Part shown: positions 58,940-62,561 of the stretch, piece by piece
How positions within the stretch are numbered: the stretch's first letter is position 1
Layout of the letters: each line of letters starts with the position of its first letter
From: an uncultured Gemmatimonadales bacterium
GTDB taxonomy: Bacteria; Gemmatimonadota; Gemmatimonadetes; Gemmatimonadales; GWC2-71-9
Assembly: GCA_963798915.1 (NCBI GenBank)
Contig: CAWCVB010000004.1
Location: 1 to 62,561 of the forward strand
Reading direction: 5' to 3'
DNA: 62,561 nt
Made by a program: the position numbers and the translations under genes
Notes under the pieces: generated by a model
Database searches by the model: none
The model's input: only the letters and a program-made list of their open reading frames with translations
Told to the model about the DNA's origin: nothing

Positions 58940-59326
58940 CTAGCGAGCGGGTTGTGGCTGCCACGCTTGGTCAGCCAACCCGCGGATCCGATCTGGGCAC
59001 GGATCCTGAAGGGTGTAAAACCACAGGGCGCCACCAACCAACTTCCAACGATATGTACCTGGGTTCCGTTCAGTCCCAACACAGGCATCTCTCCCCGTCT
59101 CGTCGGTGATCGACACGGTGCTATCGTGGACGATATACTCGCCCTGGACCATCAACTGGTCGCCTTTCAGATAGCGAAATGCGCCCATGCTGTCGAACGT
59201 GACGGTGTACGCATCGGAGTCGTAGCTGCCAACCGGGAATCGCCTCTCGAGCGAACCGGGAAGGCCTAGGGTGAGTGCGAATGCTGGAAGAGCGAGTCCC
59301 AGCCTCGCCCACGAGTGCATGGACAT
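58940..59326 (-). CDS. Small secreted beta-rich protein (cassette gene)
   Basis: RBS GGAGG, signal peptide, FPVGSY...DAC...PGTYRW...DPCPDR. Confidence 0.7.
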   Translation of the reverse strand: MSMHSWARLGLALPAFALTLGLPGSLERRFPVGSYDSDAYTVTFDSMGAFRYLKGDQLMVQGEYIVHDSTVSITDETGRDACVGTERNPGTYRWKLVGGALWFYTLQDPCPDRIRGLADQAWQPQPAR

Positions 59327-59379
59327 GGTACCACCTCCGCGGATTACCAACGGTGCTCCACAAGCGGCGGGCATCGCGT

Positions 59380-59449
59380 AGCCAAGATCGTGCTTCAGCT
59401 GTGAAGTGTAGCTGGAGTGCGGCCCGCCAGCTCCATTTGCATGCTAGGT
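59380..59449 (-). mobile_element. Degenerate attC-like site
   Basis: GCTTCAGCTG ... CAGCTCCATTTGCATGCTAGGT; right arm resembles CTGCTCCATTTGCGGGTTAGGT at 61943-61964. Confidence 0.6.
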
Positions 59450-59456
59450 GGCGTCC

Positions 59457-59804
59457 TCAGTGGACGACAACGGTGTCCGTAATCGTCGGCTGATCACCGG
59501 AGTGTGTGAGCACGATGATCGCGCTCCCTGCGGAAACGCCTTGGAACCGGAACAGCTGTCGTGGTCCCGCGGGCGAATTGGGACCGATGAGCGAGTCGCC
59601 TAGAAACGCGACCGCACTACCGGCGATCGTTGGCGTCTGATAGGCGCCAGGGCCAACCGTCCCAAGGGTGAGGTCCAACTCCTGGCCAACATTCAGCGAG
59701 ATTGTCTGGCTGCGGTCATCCATGACGGCGAAGGGATCGGGACCGCACCCGCTAAGTCCGACAAGAGCGACGGCAAAAAGCACTGCGTGATGGTGGATCC
59801 TCAA
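59457..59804 (-). CDS. Small lipoprotein, Ig/chagasin-like (cassette gene)
   Basis: Lipobox LSGC; ISLNVGQEL.LTL...QLFRFQGVSAGSA.I; stop lies 7 bp from the attC-like site. Confidence 0.6.
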   Translation of the reverse strand: MRIHHHAVLFAVALVGLSGCGPDPFAVMDDRSQTISLNVGQELDLTLGTVGPGAYQTPTIAGSAVAFLGDSLIGPNSPAGPRQLFRFQGVSAGSAIIVLTHSGDQPTITDTVVVH

Positions 59805-59851
59805 GGACACCTCCCGACGCCGGCTGGGCTGCTCGGTCGGCCGACCGCCCA

Positions 59852-60295
59852 TCACATTGCCACAACGGGACTCGGAAGTTCGGACGTCCTCGCCCTGCGC
59901 CAAAGGATCAGAAGCGCGAAGGAAATCGGCCAAAATGCCAAAAACCACCAATGGATCTCTTCACCGCGGAGCCCGGCGGCGGCAAGGACGAGTGCGCTAA
60001 GAGCGTAGTAGGCCAGCACACCAGCTGTGAAGAGGCCCGTAGCCCTGCTCCAAACCAGAAGAAAGAGCAGCAGCAGTGGAACTCCAAAGGACGGGGGTGA
60101 CAAGTTGCCCTGGAGAGCGCCAACCATGGCGACGCAGGAGAAGGGCCAAGCGATCGCAAGGCCGGTCGTTCGCCAGCTTCGGCGGAGACGATGATCCCTG
60201 ACGGTCATTGCTATGTGGCCGACAGCGATTGCGGGCCATATGAGCAGGACGCCTGCCCCCGCGATCCACCAAACGGTCCAGAAACGTTCCCACAT
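59852..60295 (-). CDS. Hypothetical membrane protein (cassette gene, possibly damaged)
   Basis: Hydrophobic ORF starting shortly after an attC-like site. Confidence 0.45.
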   Translation of the reverse strand: MWERFWTVWWIAGAGVLLIWPAIAVGHIAMTVRDHRLRRSWRTTGLAIAWPFSCVAMVGALQGNLSPPSFGVPLLLLFLLVWSRATGLFTAGVLAYYALSALVLAAAGLRGEEIHWWFLAFWPISFALLILWRRARTSELPSPVVAM

Positions 60296-60374
60296 AGACG
60301 GTCCCCTACGAACGTTCGAGAGCCGGTCCACGAGACCGGGTCAACTCCAAGCCCGGCCCTTTCTGAGGCGGTCT

Positions 60375-60496
60375 GCCCAACGAACGACCTGCGCTTCTGC
60401 CGCGAGGCCAGGTGAGGCCGCCGCAGTCGTTAGATGAAGGGTACATCGCGGCGGCCGAGCCGCCTTGGCCTCGTCGGCAGCAAGCGCGGGTGAGAC
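60375..60496 (-). mobile_element. attC-like site
   Basis: GCCCAAC...ACCTGCGCTTCTGCCGCGAGGCCA pairs with TGGCCTCGTCGGCAGCAAGCGCGGGT, leaving two extrahelical bases; ends GTGAGAC. Confidence 0.8.
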
Positions 60497-60551
60497 GGCT
60501 CAGAGCGCGAATATGCCGGGACGGAATGGTCCCGTGAGAAGGGCGGTCCCA

Positions 60552-61805
60552 TCATCGCTTTTGGTCGTTCTTCGCGCGTGCGGCCCGGACCGCACGGGTC
60601 GGGTACAACAAGCGTTGACCGGTGCTGTTGGTGTCGGCCGTCTGTTCGAGAATCGCCCGTACGTCGGCGCCACTCAGCTTCGGGTTCGCGCTCAGGACCT
60701 TGGCGGCGGTACCGGCGACGACGGGAGTGGCGATGGACGTGCCGGACACATGCGAGAGCGCCCCCCCGACCAGACGTGCGGGGACACCGTCTCCGTTTGC
60801 ATAAATGCCGACTTCCGGACCGGTATTGGTGAAGTCGGTCTTGGCACCATACCGGTCGACCGCCCCGACGATCAGGAAATTCGGCAGAGAGAACCGCGTC
60901 GCGGGATTCGCCGCCGCGACCGTACTCCCGTTATTGCCGGCCGCGCCGACAAAGAGGACGTGCGGCGCGGCCGCCATGTCGGCGCGCAGCACCGCGCGAA
61001 TGGTGTCGACCGTGTAAACCGCGAGTGCCAGCCGATCGGCTTCCGACATGCGCGGCGCACATTCCTCGAGATTGTGGCGATAACTACTCTCGAAGCGCCC
61101 CCATGACATGTTCACGATGCGAGCGCCATGGGAGACGAGCCAAGTCAGCAGATCGTGAATCGATGCCGCCTCGGCGTGCGCGAGTTCACGTGACCAGCAG
61201 GGCACCGGTGGGGAGCCGTGCCACCACTCCATGCGCGCGATGAGAATGTCAGCATGCGCGTTCCCGGCAAGCGCAACGTCGGCAACGGCCGTCCCGTGCG
61301 AATAGCCCGCCCACTGACCGTTTGCTACTTCGAACGCGACGCTGTCCGCCTTTGGCATCGCCGCCAGCTTCCGATCGATGGCGACTGCCGTGATGGTATC
61401 GTTACCCGCGTAGTACTCATCGTAGGCCTTGATGATGGCGTTCAGCTCCGGAGCGCGAGCAAGAAGCGAGGCAGGGAGCAACTGCATCGGCGAGTCCTGC
61501 CGACGCTTGAAGGCGTCGTACCCGCGCACGAGCACCTGTCCGTTTGCGTCTCGCGCAAGCTGCCCGGCGAACAACGTCGTGTCGACGCCGCTGTCCCAAA
61601 TCCCGATACGAATCAACGTCCCCTTCGGGTCCGCCGTGATGGTTGTATCGCGCGCGGGCCAGAAAGCCGGAGGCGCTGCCGCGCCCTGTGCGCGACTCTG
61701 CTTCGGGCTGACCACTCCAGCCAGCGCTAGGACAACAGCGAGATGCGCTGGGCGCCGGAATCGCATCGCGCTCCTGACACCCGTGGACAGACCGTTCGTG
61801 ATCAT
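60552..61805 (-). CDS. S8 serine peptidase (cassette gene)
   Basis: GIWDSG, HGTAVA, VNMSWG, AAGN, SGTSIATP. Confidence 0.9.
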   Translation of the reverse strand: MITNGLSTGVRSAMRFRRPAHLAVVLALAGVVSPKQSRAQGAAAPPAFWPARDTTITADPKGTLIRIGIWDSGVDTTLFAGQLARDANGQVLVRGYDAFKRRQDSPMQLLPASLLARAPELNAIIKAYDEYYAGNDTITAVAIDRKLAAMPKADSVAFEVANGQWAGYSHGTAVADVALAGNAHADILIARMEWWHGSPPVPCWSRELAHAEAASIHDLLTWLVSHGARIVNMSWGRFESSYRHNLEECAPRMSEADRLALAVYTVDTIRAVLRADMAAAPHVLFVGAAGNNGSTVAAANPATRFSLPNFLIVGAVDRYGAKTDFTNTGPEVGIYANGDGVPARLVGGALSHVSGTSIATPVVAGTAAKVLSANPKLSGADVRAILEQTADTNSTGQRLLYPTRAVRAARAKNDQKR

Positions 61806-61865
61806 CTCATGACCCTCTCCAGCGGACTCGCCAGAATGCGCGCCCGAGGTGGAACCAACTGAGCC

Positions 61866-61964
61866 GTCTAACGGTTGGCGCTTTAGCTGCGGGGCGGCGG
61901 CCGCAGCCTAATCGAGGTTATCCTCGGAGGCCGCCGCCCCGGCTGCTCCATTTGCGGGTTAGGT
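61866..61964 (-). mobile_element. attC site
   Basis: GTCTAAC ... GGGGCGGCGGCC/GGCCGCCGCCCC ... GTTAGGT; the upstream gene's TAA lies inside the core. Confidence 0.85.
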
Positions 61965-62435
61965 GCCTTCCACAGCGCCGAGTTCCTGATCCCACCACGC
62001 TACCGAGTCTCGGATCAAGTCGCGAACGTCCTCGCCTGCGAACTCCCCGTCGTCCAATGGCACGTAAAGGTCGGGCCCCAAAATGAAGGGATTAACGTCC
62101 GTATTGGATGGGCTTTCTACAATGACCATGTGCTCGCCGTAAACGAAGCCCAGCTCGTACTCTTTTAGAATGCGGTGTCGCTCGTTGTCGATGAACTCCC
62201 AGAATAACGAATGCTCAGCCTTCTGAGCGTCCAACGCGTCCAAGCTGAGTTCACCCTGGCCTGAACATGGCTCGAGGACGCGGCATCCACCCTTTCGCAG
62301 AACATAACCAACGGTGCGAAGCAGGCACAGCACGCCGCATACCTCACCCGGAAGAGAGCCGGCGACTCCTGCCGCCTCTAGCTCCTCCAAGGCCACTCGG
62401 CAATCATCGAGTACTAATCTTGCGCGAAGGCTCAC
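61959..62435 (-). CDS. Hypothetical helical protein (cassette gene, probable compensating frameshifts)
   Basis: LLRTVGYVL...LFWEFIDNERHRILKEY; fills the interval between two attC cores. Confidence 0.65.
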   Translation of the reverse strand: MSLRARLVLDDCRVALEELEAAGVAGSLPGEVCGVLCLLRTVGYVLRKGGCRVLEPCSGQGELSLDALDAQKAEHSLFWEFIDNERHRILKEYELGFVYGEHMVIVESPSNTDVNPFILGPDLYVPLDDGEFAGEDVRDLIRDSVAWWDQELGAVEGT

Positions 62436-62441
62436 GAAGGC

Positions 62442-62561
62442 ACCTAACGACATGCGGTTCAGCTGCGGGGCGGCGGCCCCGGCAGCAATCAAAGGTCATT
62501 TTCGGCCTGGCTGGCGCCAGCCGCGCAGGGAACCTTCGCCAACGGCCGCCCCGCCAGCTGC
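62442..62561 (-). mobile_element. attC site, truncated by the window end
   Basis: ACCTAACGACATGCGGTTCAGCTGCGGGGGCGGC ... GCCGCCCCGCCAGCTGC. Confidence 0.8.

Noticed and set aside
48900..62561. Prophage, IS or integrase gene
   Set aside because: No tyrosine/serine recombinase, transposase or phage structural motifs recognised in any ORF.

Overview
The window looks like two unrelated segments joined near 6950. Segment 1 (1-~6950) resembles a Burkholderiales genome and is frameshift-ridden. It holds a DUF4382 lipoprotein, a hemerythrin, a glycosyltransferase, tRNA-Ser(UGA) followed by a structured 126-bp tRNA-derived tandem repeat, and only the 3' end of an NAD-glutamate dehydrogenase. Segment 2 (~6950-62561) resembles a Gemmatimonadota chromosome. 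Both taxon calls are inferred from gene families, not searched. Segment 2 holds Ig-like surface proteins, three tRNAs, a chaperone-usher-like pilus cluster, an ECF sigma/anti-sigma/DUF4097 operon, hutU-hutI, aguB-aguA-ftcD, a GH57-based glycogen operon, ettA, a SWIB protein, pntAA/AB/B, a sigma-70 factor, and the decaying distal end of an integron-type cassette array with attC-like sites (no integrase in the window). The best candidate for an undescribed system is a lower-GC island at ~29.6-33.05 kb. It encodes two paralogous secreted six-cysteine peptides with identical Cys spacing, overlap-coupled to a beta-propeller lipoprotein and a CxxC lipoprotein, opposite an AraC-like regulator. A decayed second propeller start suggests peptide plus propeller is the repeated unit. 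All calls come from reading the sequence; no database searches were run.
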